DNA from: Salpingoeca rosetta
Taxonomy: Eukaryota > Protista > Choanoflagellata
Assembly (NCBI GenBank): GCA_033442325.1
Contig: JAWQFM010000026.1
Coordinates: forward strand, 418,311 to 482,310
DNA: 64,000 nucleotides
Direction: 5' to 3'
Shown: in pieces, positions 1 through 15,148 of the stretch
Position numbering within the stretch: the first letter of the stretch is position 1
Layout of the letters: each line of letters opens with the position of its first letter
Program-made: the position numbers and the translations under genes
The notes under the pieces: generated by a model
Database searches by the model: none
Told to the model about the DNA's origin: nothing
What the model saw: the letters and a program-made list of their open reading frames with translations, nothing else

Positions 1-2624
1 ACACAACACACGCACACACACACGCACACACACACACACACACGCACACACACAGACGAGCGTGTGGTTGTGCAGACCTGGTTGTCCAGCAAGAACCTGC
101 AGCTGCGGTGCTTTCATCGTGGTGGGAATATTGAGAACGGTCGTGTACACGTGCGGTAGAATCCGGCGCGCGTCCTTGATGGGCATGTTGCTTGCCAACG
201 CGTCCTTCAGCACAAAGCGGGCAGGGGTCGTGTTGAAGCACTCCTCAACGCGCAAGCTGTCACAGTCACACAAATGCATGCCAATGTCAAGCAAGGATGA
301 GTACGTGCGCAACACTCCTCGGGCAAACGTCGCAAAGACACACACACACACACACATACAGAGAGTCTCTCTCTATTTCTTTCTTCCCCCCTCCCCACAC
401 CCATGCCTCCGCCCACGCACGCATGCACACGCATGCATTGGCACTGGCTCTCCACCACGACGACCACCTCTCATTCCAGCGTCTCCACACCCACCTTGCC
501 CACAGGTCGGTGTCGTTGGCGAGGAAAACGGGGCCATCGCATGACACCATCTCCAAATCTGCGGTTGTTGGCACAGGCAAGCGCTTCCGCAGCATGTCTC
601 GCACACCTGACAAAATGTGATGCCATGTGTGCGTGTGCGTGTGCGTGAATGTGAGTGCATGCGTGCGGGCATGCAATCACGTCAGACATCAGGGGACAAG
701 AAGAAGATACCAGCAAAGATCAGCAGAGGCATGCATGACTTGACTGAGTGCTGTGTCTACGGGTAATGTGTGTGTGTGCCTGCTTGTGAATGTGCTTGCT
801 TGCTTGTCATTGCGTGTGTGTTGTTGTTGTCGACGCACGCTTGCCGCGACCAGTAGAAGACCTACCTTTTGCTTCCTGCGACAATGCTTGGCGTCCAACA
901 GCGCTGTCATCTCCGTCGTGCTGCTCTTCCTCTTCCTCATTCTTATCTTCGTCAAAGCGAAGACCTGAAGAAAGCCGAGGCGTGAGTATTGAGTGCCTGA
1001 GCTGAACATCTAACGGCAAGGAACAACAACGCTTGTGCGACATACAAAGCCACACACGCACACGCTCACACACAGACACATGCGCACCCACAGGACCACA
1101 CCATTCACTCCCACATGTTACTCACCAGCTGGTACCATGTATGCGATGTTGGTGAGGACGCGCAAGAGGCTGTATGTGCACAAGCGCTTCAGGCCCTCGT
1201 CGCGCGCCTTCCTCGCTTCCTCCTGTCTCTGGTGCAGCACGCCAGCCGCCGTCACATACTGCCCAACGAAAAGACGCAGCACAGACAGGGCACAGACGCG
1301 TAAGGGGGGGGCAGAACATAAAGTGAGCCACCCAGCCATCCACAGAACTGACAACGTGAGACGGGCACACCTCGAAGCACCTGCCTCAACACATCACACC
1401 ACACCAAATGTATCACCACACCACACCACACATCGCACGACACCATGTATCACATCACAACACCGCAACACGGCGTGTGCGTCACCTCTTCCAACGTGGG
1501 CCGCACAGGAACGCCTAGCTGCTGCAGGACCTGCGGCATTGTGCGGCTCGGGAGATGGCTGTAAAAAGATGCGAGGCGACGGGAGCAGGAACACATGTGC
1601 TTCAACATTAGCAAACAGAACAGCAGTAATGAGAAACAGGACACGGTACGAAACAGCGTGCCCAATGCAAAAACGCACATATGGGCACGTACACACAGAC
1701 ACACGTACACACAGACACACACACACTCACACACTCACACACGTACACACACACACACACAACACAACACAACACATGCCACAGCACAAAACAATACCAT
1801 TGCACGCACTCTGTGAGGACGACTTTGTCCAAAACGTCTCTGAAGAGAATGCGCGCGCTCTCTCGTGGTGTTGGTGCACTATGGCGCTGAGACGGCCACA
1901 CCTTCTTCGTGTGACTTGGCTCCTCCCACACACACGAGGACAGCGGCACGGGCTGCATCTTGATGGCCGTCGTGACACCGCTCGTGGCGGTGCTGCTCTT
2001 GCTGGCAGCATGCTCCTTCCTGTTTGTGCTGCTGTTGCTCTTCGTTTTGGGCTCCGTGCCACCGTGCATTGGAATGAGCAAGCACGTCGTAGACGTGTCG
2101 GTTGTGGACAGCGATTGCACAAAGGCGGCATCCGCGTCCACAAACGCCAGCGCCGCCAGGACCACATCCGCTGTGATGCGTTTGCCTGCAAGCACAGCAC
2201 TCTTGGGCGATTCAGCAGCATCAGCAGCATCAGCAGTGATGGTGGTGGTGATGGCGCGCCAGGCGTCTTGTGATGTCGGTGCATCGCGAATACCAATGCG
2301 CTTGAGGTGCGCGCGTGCATCGGCGGAGGGGCGGATGTCGCCCCACGCCACGCGCCGGAACAGCGGCTTCACTGCACGATGGCCATTGAAGAAGGTGGGG
2401 GGGGGGGAGCAGGGAGTGAAATCATTGAGGGAGTGGGCATTGGGTGTTGTGGGGAGGGTTGTACGTGTGTGCGTTGTGGGTGGAAAGACCTGGCGTGGGC
2501 ACAGGCGCAGGTGTGCTCAAGGGATGCAAAGCCCACAACAACATTCCCAATTGCGCCTTCCTTCCCTCCTCTCCACACACATGCACACACACACATCCAC
2601 AGATACACATCTGTACACACACAA

Positions 2625-2660
<36 letters not shown>

Positions 2661-4870
2661 CCACAGACCATGGCCGCACCTGGGGATGTGGGTGGAAGAG
2701 ACACAAACACGTCCTTCGGAGTACAGAGCTCGCCGTCAGTCGTGAGCACCCAACAATGCTCAGCCAGCGTCCTGTCATCAGAATTTCAAGGAAAGAGCAA
2801 ACCAGGCAACAGGCAGTGATTGTGGTTGCGTGAGCGAAAGCGAGAGGAAAGGCGTGTTGACGTGTTCGTGTGTGTAAGCAAGTGTAAGGATGAGTGAGAG
2901 AAGTCTCACAAAGGCACAGATGAATGCTGGCATTGCCTCTCAACACAAACGCGAGACAATGAGCAATCAGTAGTCTTACGTGAAGAGTGACGACGGTGTT
3001 GTGGTTGGCAACCACTCGTCTCCGACCTGGACTTCCTTGCGCATCAGCTATTCACCAAGCAGTCGTGTCGGCAACAATGGTGAGCATGGATCCAGGCAAC
3101 GTGTGCATGTGTGTGCGTGTGTGCGCGAGAGAGAGCGTGTGTTTCTGTGTGCGATGGTACCTGAACATGTTTTGTGCATGTGTGTGTGTGTGCATGTGTG
3201 TATGCATGTGCATGTGCGTTTGTGTGTATGTACATGTGCGTATGTGTGGAGGCGTGCGCAGGGATGGCGGTTGTGTTGTGAGCACCACCTTGGCGACGGC
3301 AGCAAGGTGGTTGCCAAGAAGATCCGCACAGAACAAGCGCCTCTGGTCATCACTGTCAAGCATGCATGTTCATATTCGCAGCATGGACGCGGAACGCGCG
3401 CGCATGAGCCAACAGCAGCAGCAAAATCATCAGCAAGAGATGCATGCACACAAGCAGGAGGTCACACACATGCTCAAGCACACAAACAAACAAACAAACA
3501 AACAAACAAACAAACAAACAAACAAACAAACAAACAAACAAACAAACAAACAAACAAGCACACGAACAAGCACACAAACAAATGCACCTCATGTGCGGCA
3601 GCGCTTCAGCAAGGAGTGGACAACAAACATCGCGCACCAGCACCTGAATAAGGTGGGGAGCGATGTAACGCATGGTGCAAAGGTTAGACGGTCGAATCGA
3701 AGAAAGATGCAACGTGCAGCACTTACTGGTAGGTGGCGAAGTGTCCAATGCACACAAGCGCAAACGTGTATTCACGCGCATACAAACACACACAAGCACA
3801 CGAACACACACAAGCACACAAGTACACACACAAGCACACACACAAGCACACACACAAGCACATAAGCACACACACACACGCACACACGCACACATATAAC
3901 TGTCCTACATGTTCAGAGTGCACGTCTTTGGCATCTCTGCCACTCTCGAGAGTGAAGGCACTGGACGGCTCCGGCGATGTGTACACATCCACAGGCACAA
4001 ACTCGGTGGCACCGAGCAGCTTGAAGAAAGCATGCAGGCGTGTTTTGAGGTCGCCTGCTGGCGTTGTGTCGGCAGCGGCCGCGCGGTGAAAATACTGCGG
4101 GGAGATGCAGGGGAGGTCGAGCACGTGGTCGCACATGAAGTCATCCGTCAGGTACTCAAACACCTTCGACGGCCCGCCATCTGATTCATGCAGGCAACCG
4201 AATGATGCGAATTGTGGGTGTATGTGCGAGAGAGCGTGTGCAAGGGTCAGAGCGTGTAAGCGCAAGGATGCTTGTGCGTGTAATCGTGCGTGTGTGTGTG
4301 TCTATGTGTGTGTGTGTGTGTGTGTGCGTGAATCCACTATGTGGATACTTGTGTCGTGTTGCAGCGTGTGAGTACCTCAACAACCACAACTCCAACACAA
4401 TGCATGAGCACAGGAGCAGCACCTGCGCGGAACGGGATGTGCAGCGATGAGAACGGCGGCTTGACCCGCTGCATGGAGGACTTGAGCAGCGTTGCTGCGT
4501 GGTGTCGGTGTTGTTCGGCAAACGAATGCGTGAGTGCCACATGATGGTTGAAGCAGATGAGAGCCATATGCTGCATGCATAGAGCGCGCACAAAGAGGCA
4601 CACAAGCAACCACACATACAAAGGTGCACACCCACAAATTCACAACACACAGGCATGATAATTACGCATACACATGCAGAGGCAGAAACAGCAAGAGGCA
4701 CGGAACAAATGTTGCGTCCCATCTTCACCTTTAGCGAGTGCAGCTGACTGCTTTTCGATGGGGATTTGGTGCTCGTGTCCAAATGCAACACAGAACACGG
4801 TCATGTCGACCAAGTCATCATCCCGCAACCGCTGCGGCGATGACCTGTGCAGTTGTGTGCAAGTGCGTGC

Positions 4871-4953
<83 letters not shown>

Positions 4954-6187
4954 TGTGCGTGTAAGTGTGCGCGCGGATGGGAGAGGTGCCGTGTCAGTGT
5001 GCAACAAGCAGGGGTACGTACTGCGGGTCGACGAGGAGGCGGTACACTTTATCGTGCAGGAATGAGTCGCGAGCGCCCCTGCACGCACACACGTAACGTC
5101 ATGGTGTGGAAGAGAGATTATGTGTCATGACGACGTGTAAAAGTACAAACATACACAGCCACACACATACACACACACACACAATATGCACGTCACATGT
5201 GCAACTCCACGTGTAAGCAGCATAGGCACGGCATTTTTCAAAATGCACAACGTACGGTTTGAGGCCATGGGATCTGAGAAGGCTGATGGCGCCTGCTTTG
5301 TTCTCGCTTTGCAATGCAGCGAGGAACGACGGAAGCACGATGCGATGATGCTGCGAAGTACACAGCATCAAACATGGAGGTGAGGTGACGGAAACGGGGC
5401 GAACAGGAATGCACGCAGCCGCAACACGACAACATGCAGGTACGAGAAACACAAGCCTGAACGACAACCACCGCCCGCACAAACATACACACACAAAAAA
5501 AACCATAAAACAAACCCGCACATACACAATTCGAACAAGCAAACAAACAAGCAAGTATACAAACAAGCGAGTAAACAAGCAAGCAAACAAACAAACAAAC
5601 AGGCAAAGTATACAAACAAGCAAGTATACAAACAAACAAGCAAGCAAGCAAACAAACAAACAAGCAAGCAAACAAACAAACAAGCAAGTATACAACCAAC
5701 CAAACAAACAACCAAACAAACAAACAACCAACCAAACAAACAAACAAACAAAACAAACAAACAAACAAACAAACGAACAAACAAATTGCACGTTCAACCG
5801 AGCCTATCTGACCTTCAAGAAGGGAAAGTCGTGTGCGATGGCGGTGTCCATCTCGTACATGTCGCCCCCCTGGAAGGACGCGTGGCCGCCACCAAGCAGC
5901 GGCACAAACTTGGTGCAGTTGAGGCGCTGCGTGTGCTTGAGCGACAGATGCGCACGCGTCTCATCAATGCGATTGAGGATCCATGCAAGCATCTTTGGTG
6001 ACAACGGCTGCACACCGCCACTGCCGCCGTCTGCCGCTGCCTCCTTTGTGCTTCTGTGGTAGTGGGAATACAGCAGATCCACAAGCAGATCGCCACCAAG
6101 CACCTGCACCCCTGTTGTATTGCAGGAGGTTGTGGTGGTGGTTGGGTTCACCAAGTTTGGTGTCAGGAGCCAGGAGGCGTACACAAT

Positions 6188-6259
<72 letters not shown>

Positions 6260-7257
6260 AGTGCAAATGGCACATCAGTGGAGACGCGCGTCTCGACAGC
6301 AATTGTACATGCTGAACACGAGAGTGCAAACAAACGGAACACAATACAAGCACAAACCCCAACCAACATCAACAGAGCGCAACTGGCACACGAGGCAGGC
6401 GGTGCGTACCAAGGGCGCGTGCGAGCATGGGGTCGATGTGCAGTGAATCGTGCACAAACGCGAGCCTGTGCCGGTCGTGTTTGCGCAGCAGCCGAACAAA
6501 CTCCTCCTTCATCTCCGCTGAGAGCGGCGGGTTTGATGGCGGCAGCACCGCGTGCTCCGGCCGCACAAACGTGCGCTCCGTGGTGGGCAGCAAGCGCACG
6601 TGTCTCAGCGCCTTGCACACCTCCTGCGGGGTGTGGCGGAACACGTCGCGCGTGTCGCCCGGCTTGGGCAGGGAGGCGATGGTGAGCTGCAGCAGATTGC
6701 GTGCCTGCATGCACGCCGTGAGCTGCTCGTCTTCATCGGACGTCGCCGATTCGTCGTCGTCATCATAGTCTTCATCGTCGTCGGCATCACTGTTGTCATC
6801 ATGATCGTCGTACATGCTGCTCTCCTCATCCTCGTCGTTGACCGGTTCGTCAAAGTACTTGGTGCACAGGGACAGGACGTGTTCGCATAGGCTTTTGAAC
6901 GCCGCAGGCACCTGCTTCAGCAGCCACTGGTTCCTGTGGGCGAGGGGAAGAGCAAAGGCACAAGGGGGGGGGGGAACGACATACTGTGAGGAGTGTGTGT
7001 GTGTGTGTTGTACTTCCATGACATCGTGCAAAACTTGCTTGAGCACGCAGTACGCCCTAATCACATAAACACACATACACACATACACACACCATGCAGA
7101 GCCTTCGTGGATGGCGTTCCTGCTGGACGTCAGCATCCAGTCCGCTTGTACTGATAAAGACACAGCAGTACATACAGCGGCGGTGTAAGAGGACAAACAA
7201 ACTCCTTGAAAGGTGCATAAATGGTGTCATGCACGCCACTCACTTGCACATCACCAT

Positions 7258-7335
<78 letters not shown>

Positions 7336-8266
7336 TGCACATACATGCACACTCAACCGACCGATGAGCTTGAAGCGGTAGTCCGAGACGGGGAGGAATG
7401 CAAACACATCGTAGCTCTGCAGGCGCTCCTCCTGCTTGTATCGCCGCAGTGGCAGCGCAATCACCATCTCCGTGGCCGTCACCCCCTGCCGCAGCGTCGG
7501 GTCTGGGGCGAGGTCGAGCTTACGTGTCAGCCAGTACGTGCGGTCACTGTCGGCGGTGATTTGCACGACACCCTTGGTGTTGCGGGGTGTGCGCTGCAGG
7601 GACCTTGATGCGGAGGGGAAGAGAGGGAAGGGGACAAAATGATTGGCGAAAGAGTGATGTACACTGTGAATTTACGCACGCATGCACTTACACGCACGCA
7701 CTTACACGCACGCACACACGCACACGCACACACATTGTGCGCACACACACATTGTGCGCACACGCACACAGATACGCACACACACACACACACAATTACA
7801 CATACAATGCAACACACACACAAGTACACACACGCACACACACACACACAAATACACATACAATGCAACACACACACACACACACAAGTACACACACACA
7901 CACAAGTTAGAGATTTGTACATGTTTCCACCTCTTCTCGTTGAGGACGGTGTCCTGGAAGTCGAGCCGCTTGAGTTTGTGCAGAAACAGCAGCAGCGACG
8001 GGTCCAGCTTCTCCTTCAAGTCGTTCCTAAACTCTCGCGTCACCGCCACTCTGCCACCGCTGCCACTGTTGGTGCCGCTGTTGGTGTCTGGCTCGTCAAA
8101 GGGCAGCACAATCACGGTCTCGCGTGCGCGCCAGTTTGGCGGCGGCGCAATGGCGTGCGGCAGCACATACCCGAGCGGGTTGTTCTTCACGTCAAACCCA
8201 AAGTGGAAGTTGTTGGAGTGGATTTGCGGGCAGTGTGTCACCTTGAACACGCTCTTGAAGCCAATC

Positions 8267-8359
<93 letters not shown>

Positions 8360-9791
8360 CGCGTGCGTGTGTGTGTGTGCATGAGCGTTTGTGGTGGTTG
8401 TGTGTTTTCAGTCGCAATGAAAACAGGTAAACAACACATGGTGCTCACAATTTGCTGTTATCAAGCAAACAGGAGAGCAACCACGCATGCAGGCCACCGT
8501 GCATGCAAGCAACGATGCATCATCGCGTCACCTTTGTGGCCAATGAACCGCGCCTCGCTCGCCGATTTCGTGCTGTTGCCGATGGAGCACAGCGCACGCA
8601 CATTCTTCTCGCTAAATCCAACCTGCGTGCATTGTGGCGCAGCAGCAGAAGGGAGAGAGAGAGAGAGTGTGTGTGTGTGTGTGTGTGTTGGGGGGCAGGT
8701 TGACGGTGGTGGCAGTGAAGGTCGACTTGTGCAAGCTGATGTTGGGCTTGTAAACTATATAGATGTGTATCAGATGTGTATCAGGCACACAGAGAGAAAC
8801 ACACACACACACACACACACGCACGCACGCGCACGCACACACACAGACAGACAGACACACACACACAGACAAACCTCATTGTTGCGGAGCTCAAAGCGGT
8901 CATTGGCGATGGTGATGGAGAGGGCGGGGACGTTGGTGAGATACGTGTTGTCGTCTGCGTTCTGCACGAGCTCCATGACGAAGTGGGTAGTGGATGCGTA
9001 GAGGTCGCTGGCGAGCTTCTCCACGGACTGCTGCACGAGATGGCGCAGCTGCTGCACGGCCCGCTTCTTCTCCTCGCTGCAGATGCAAGAGCCAAAGGTT
9101 TTTGTTTGGGGGGGGGGGGCGAATGAGACATGGGAAAATGAGGTTGCAGGAAGGGAAGGGGCAAACAGACACGCAAGGGCAGCAGTGTTCCGGCAATCAG
9201 CAGTGACGATAACAACGATCAGAGCGTTCGTGCATTTCACGAAAAGCATATTGCACAACCACCAAACTACCATCAACCACACCACCACACACGCCCATCA
9301 TGTGTCCAATGCGCACGTCATGCCGTCGTCAAGGCCTTCGCCGTGGTCGGCGCGAATCGCCCTGAGCACAGCGTTGCACTCGTCCTCAGGCATCTCGCGT
9401 GCAAGCACAGCATCGTGCACATCCTCCTCATTACCAATAACACCACCAGTGCCATTGGTGGTGGTGGCGGTGGCGGTGGTGACAGAGTTGCCAGTAGTGC
9501 CATCGCCATCCTGCCCCAGAAGTGTGGTGCCAGACACTGTTGGTGGCAGTGCACTGGAGGGTGTGCGGGATGCAAGTGCATCGGCAGAGGGCGCGGCGTT
9601 GCTGCCGATGCGGCTGAGGGGCGCAGACGATTGCACACGCGAGGCAGCCTGATCAGTGGCCTGAGTGAAAGGAAGTGAGGTGAGGGAAGGGTGACAGGTG
9701 TGAGGCTGTAATGTCGTGTGTTCGTGGTGGTGGGATGAGGCACATGTTGAATGCGTTCGAGAAGGCAACGGAAAGAAATGCACACACAGAC

Positions 9792-9847
<56 letters not shown>

Positions 9848-10976
9848 AGACACAGACACACACAGACACACACACATACACACAGACACAGACACACACA
9901 CACACACACAGACACACAGACAAACAGCACCTGCAGTGCAGCGTTGTTCCAGTCTCTGATGCGAGCAGGGCGGCCCATCTGGCGGAGGAGGAGGCGGTGG
10001 AATGGCGTCGCGGCCGCATGCAGCAGTTTCGTATGCATCTCCGGTACAACACCGCGTGCGCCTTCAACGAGCACGTCGTAGCCAACGGGAGACAGCAGCG
10101 GTGGCGGCAGGTGGGACAGCACGGCCAGCACGTGCTCGCATATCCACGTCGCGTCTTGGCGCGACCACGCCCGTCTCAGCTGCTGCTTGAGCAGATCCGC
10201 ACCAATGGCGCCACTGCTCTGCAACACGTGTACGGTGAGCGCCGCAGCAACGTCGACGGGCCGTGACTCCGGGTGAAACGCCGCGTGCACGGCCACAAAC
10301 GGCACCTTCCACACCACGCCGTGCTCCACTTCCACGTACACGTGCTGTTGGCTCGCACTCAGCACGCCGTCGCCATCAAGGACGCTGTCAGCGGCGCTGG
10401 TGATGGCGCCGAGCTGTTGCGTGAGGGAGCCGAACGCGCGCGCAATGAACACGGAAAGCGAGCCGTGCTGGTGCTGGAAGACGCGACGCCAGCCGACGGC
10501 GGTGGCGATGTCACACATGCAAGGTGCCGCCTCGACCATGGCCATTGCGTCCTGCATCGTCGTGTCAAGCACGCCGCCCGCATCAGCGCCATCGTCACTG
10601 CTACTGCTGGTGGTGTTGTCGCTGGCAGCTGCTTCACCGTTGATGTCCCCGGCGCTGTCGGTGCCACCGTGAGCGGCCGTGTGGGCAAAGGCAGCGAGTG
10701 GCAGGATGGACAGTGGGGCCTTATCCAGGTCAAGCGTGTGCAGGCGGTCGAGGAAGCTGGACACCCACTTGTGGATCTCTGCGGTGGCGGGCATGAAGGA
10801 GGACGTCGGGAGGAAGGAAGAGGAGGAGTGACACGGTGTCAGGGAGACGTGATGGAGGGAGGAACAGGGGACAATGGGCAAGGAACAGTGAGAAGCCAAT
10901 TGGAACGGGCTATGTACACAGCAGTGGATAAATGGTAGAGTATAGCTCACTCACACAACGCAACATGTCACAGCGC

Positions 10977-11035
<59 letters not shown>

Positions 11036-13134
11036 CACACACATACACACAGTTTCAGATGATACGCTCCGTATGGCATACGCAAACCAACCGTGTGCTG
11101 CGTTGGATCCGGTGCAGAAATGGGCGCGCACGAGGCGTGCTGCGGTCGCTTTGGCGTCACTGCTGTTGTCTGTGACCACGCCGAGGTCGTAGAGGGAGCG
11201 GAGGAAGGCGTGGACGCTGCTCTTGTCAACACCGCCACTACCGCCGCCAATTCGTAGGGCAGCGGCAGCGGCATCTGTGTCCTCGCCAGGAACAACAGCG
11301 TCGCCAGCAGCGCCGTCAACACCAAAGCGGAATGCAACGCCAAAGTCGGCAAAGACGTCCGCAATCTCCTGCGCGGCGCTCTCGAGTACACGCAATGCGG
11401 TGGCGGTGGTGAGGGCGGTGAGGTCGCCCCCGTGCTGCTGCGTCGTGGCGGTGAGAGCCGTGGTGATGGCGGAGAACAGGAACGCCACATCTGCATCGCG
11501 CATGGATTTCTCGCGCGCCTGTGCGTGAACGGCCGCTTGGAGGTTTGGAATCAACGCGGAGAGCAGCTGGTCTTCTCCAGGGAGGCGAATTGTCTGTGTG
11601 GAGGCCGAAACCGCTACGGAGCACACGAACATTACATGGCGGCAGGGAAATGCGTGTGAGTGTGCGTGCGTGTGCGTTTGTCCGTGTGCGTACATTCGTG
11701 CTTGCGCAAGCGTGTGTGTTTGTCTATGCGTGCATGTATGCATGTCTGACCACATGTGTACACGTGTTTCGTGTTCAAGTTTGCGCGCACACAACGTCAC
11801 CATTCACGAACATAACGGCTACAAAATGGACTACTGTCCAAACCAACCGTCCGATGTTTTAGTGCAGTGCCGCAGCATCTTCAACACGGGCGCTTTCATG
11901 TGCGGGCGCCTGTGCAAGCACGAGCGGAGATTGAGGTCGTTTGCGATTGCCAGACGCAAGCATGCGTGTGTACATGTGTACATACATGTACACACACACA
12001 CACACAAGCATGTACATATACCCGAACACACACACACACGCACACACGCACGCATGAACATAAACGCAAACACACACAAACGCATGTATACACACACAAA
12101 CGCATGTTCACAACACATGCACGCGCCACTCACAGGTTGGTGGCAATGTCTACTGCACTTGTGCCGACATCAGCGATGCAGCCGACATCAAACTGGTGCA
12201 CCAGCCCGTCCTCCACCGCCGCCAGCGCCCCGAGGATCGTCGTGTCCACGGCAACGCGCTCGGCGATGGCGGTGATGGCGCCAACCTGCAACTTTTTCTT
12301 CATGCTACCGGGAACCAGCAGTGCAGGGCGCTTGCGCTTGCCTTTGTCCTTTGACTTGGCTTTGCTCTTCTTGCCGGGCTTGCTGCTCACAGCGTTGCCG
12401 TGTGTCTCTTCATCATCGTCCACTTCACCAGCATCACGCGTGTCGCTGTCGCCGCTTTCGCCGTCACGATTGCCCGCGGTGTCGTCGTCATCGTCACCAC
12501 CATCGTCGTCATCATCGCCCGCATCGCCCTCAATCATGTTCTTCTTCCTGAGAGCGGCAGTGATCTCTGCGACCGTTCTCCCTTCCAGCAGCTGGAGCGT
12601 CACCCACGTGAGCGATGCCGTGTAATCTCCAATCGCCTCCGCCACCGTCGGCACCGTCGCGTCCATCTTGTCCTCGGACACGGCGCCTTTGTTCGTCACC
12701 GGCAGACACAGCAGTGCCATCGCCGCGTTGGCGCGGAACCCAGGATCCCGCCTGAATCGTGTGTGGTTATGTGTTGTGTGTGATGTATGTGTTGTGTGAT
12801 GTACGTGTGAAAGTGGAAGCGTACACATGAAAATATTTGCCACGTGTGTGTATGTTTGCGTGTGTGTTTGCACATGTGGGAAGTTGAGGGAGTGCAAGCA
12901 AACAGGAGCCACATAACCATGCAACTTCAGTATGACGCATCAGGTTCATGTTCAATACGTACACGAGCAGCTTTGTCACGGAGCTGAACACACGAAGAGC
13001 CTTGAGTGGCTGGTACTTGTAGTGTGAACGCCCAGGCACTTGGTCTGAACGTGTAATCATGATGACGAAAATTGAGAAGACAGTGAGTGCACGTGACCTG
13101 GAGCATGCGCTCACACACACACACACACACACAC

Positions 13135-13175
<41 letters not shown>

Positions 13176-13442
13176 GCACAATGGACCTGCGATGCGGTGG
13201 AAGCGGTTGCTGATGGTGTTGTGTTGGAGGGCATCTGTCCAGCGACGAATTCCGCTGTACATGTGCAAAAGAGGCAAGTGCAGGAAACGTGCACACATGT
13301 GATCAGGAGAAGGGGGAGCGCGTGGTTAAGTTGCGCGATGTTGATGGGTGCGAGGAATGAGTTGCGACCGAAAGAGATGGAGAGCTAAGCTAGCAAAGAC
13401 CAGAACAAACAAATCAAAGATTGCTCATACCTAAAAATAACA

Positions 13443-13526
<84 letters not shown>

Positions 13527-13958
13527 AGCACAGTTGAACGCACAGTTGAACGCACCGCATCCTGTTCCACAGCACGCGGCAGAAGGTGTTTGCGTGGATC
13601 TTGACCCCCAAGTGATGGATGTCGCGAATGGGACGGAGCTCTCGCGGCACTTCAGGCTTCTCTTTCTTCTTCATTTTTGCTTTGCGCCCACGCCGCCGTG
13701 CCCCCTCCTCCTCCTCCTCCTCATCATCTTCATCATCATCGTCATCGTCATCGTCATCATCATCATCATCTTCATCGTCGTCGGGTTGGCTGTCACTCTG
13801 TTCGCTGTCAGTGGTGAACCAGGAGCCATCGCTGTCGCTGTCGCTGTCCATGAATTCCGGCAGTCCCGCCGCCTTGCGCAGTCCGCGCCGGCGTTTGTTT
13901 TCCTCCTGCATCAGCTTCTCCAACGCATCCTCCGCAATCTGTAGGCGGGGATTTCGTG

Positions 13959-14050
<92 letters not shown>

Positions 14051-14792
14051 AGAATGAGCCTGAGTGCTTCCGCACTGAGAACATCATGATCATCAAGATA
14101 CCCACCACTCTCTCACCCCACCAACCAACCGACCGACCAACCAACAGACGTGTACACACCTCTTGCACGTCGGCGTTTGTGGGCTTGTTGTCGCTTGAAA
14201 ACGTGGCGGCGTTCTGTGTCAGCTGCTTCAAGACGCGCTGATACGTGAACTTGGGCATCTGCAGGGCGTGTTGGGGGGGGGGGGAGGGAGGGGAGGGGAG
14301 GGTATGTGGACTGAGGGTATTCCTTTGACAATCTCGATGCACGCGGATGACGGCCCAGGAACACGAAACACAACACAAGCTTCGAGCACACACACACACA
14401 CATACACACACACGCGCGCATACACATACACACACACACACCTCGACATCCGGTGGAACAGCAAAGATGCTGCGCACAATGTGGAGGTCTTGGAAGCGAC
14501 AGAGGCCCGTGATGTCCTCAAAGGCGGGCAGCGGCTCCGTGTCGTTCTTCCGTCGCGTCAGAAACATGACCACGTGCCGCTCCAGCTCGTGCACCGTCAC
14601 CACGACCAGGTACTCCGACAGCATGTAGATGAGGCTGGGAATTGAACACAGTGCACAGCCGTAAGTTGGAATGTGGGATGGACAGTTGGCAGGGAGGCAA
14701 ACCACATCGAACGAATGAACAGCACCGTGTTGAACCGTCACTTTCTCGGGAACAAACAAGCAAACAAACACTCACAGAGGCCACGCTTGCAA

Positions 14793-14855
<63 letters not shown>

Positions 14856-15105
14856 GACGATGCTCTCACAAGAACACACAAACACGTGCGCACCTGCAAA
14901 TGGTCTTGTAGCGGTCAAACAAGTTGCGCAGGAGGCCTTCGAATTTCGGGTGGTAGGTGCTCAGCTGCTTTATGTTCCGCTTCAGCTCAGGCAAGTCAGG
15001 CAGCCGTCCAGCCAGGATCTGCAGAGGCGTGTGAGTGCGTGCGTGCGTGTGAGTGCGTGCGTGCGTGCGTGTGAGTGCGTGCGTGCGTGTGTGTGTGTGT
15101 GTGTG

Positions 15106-15148
<43 letters not shown>
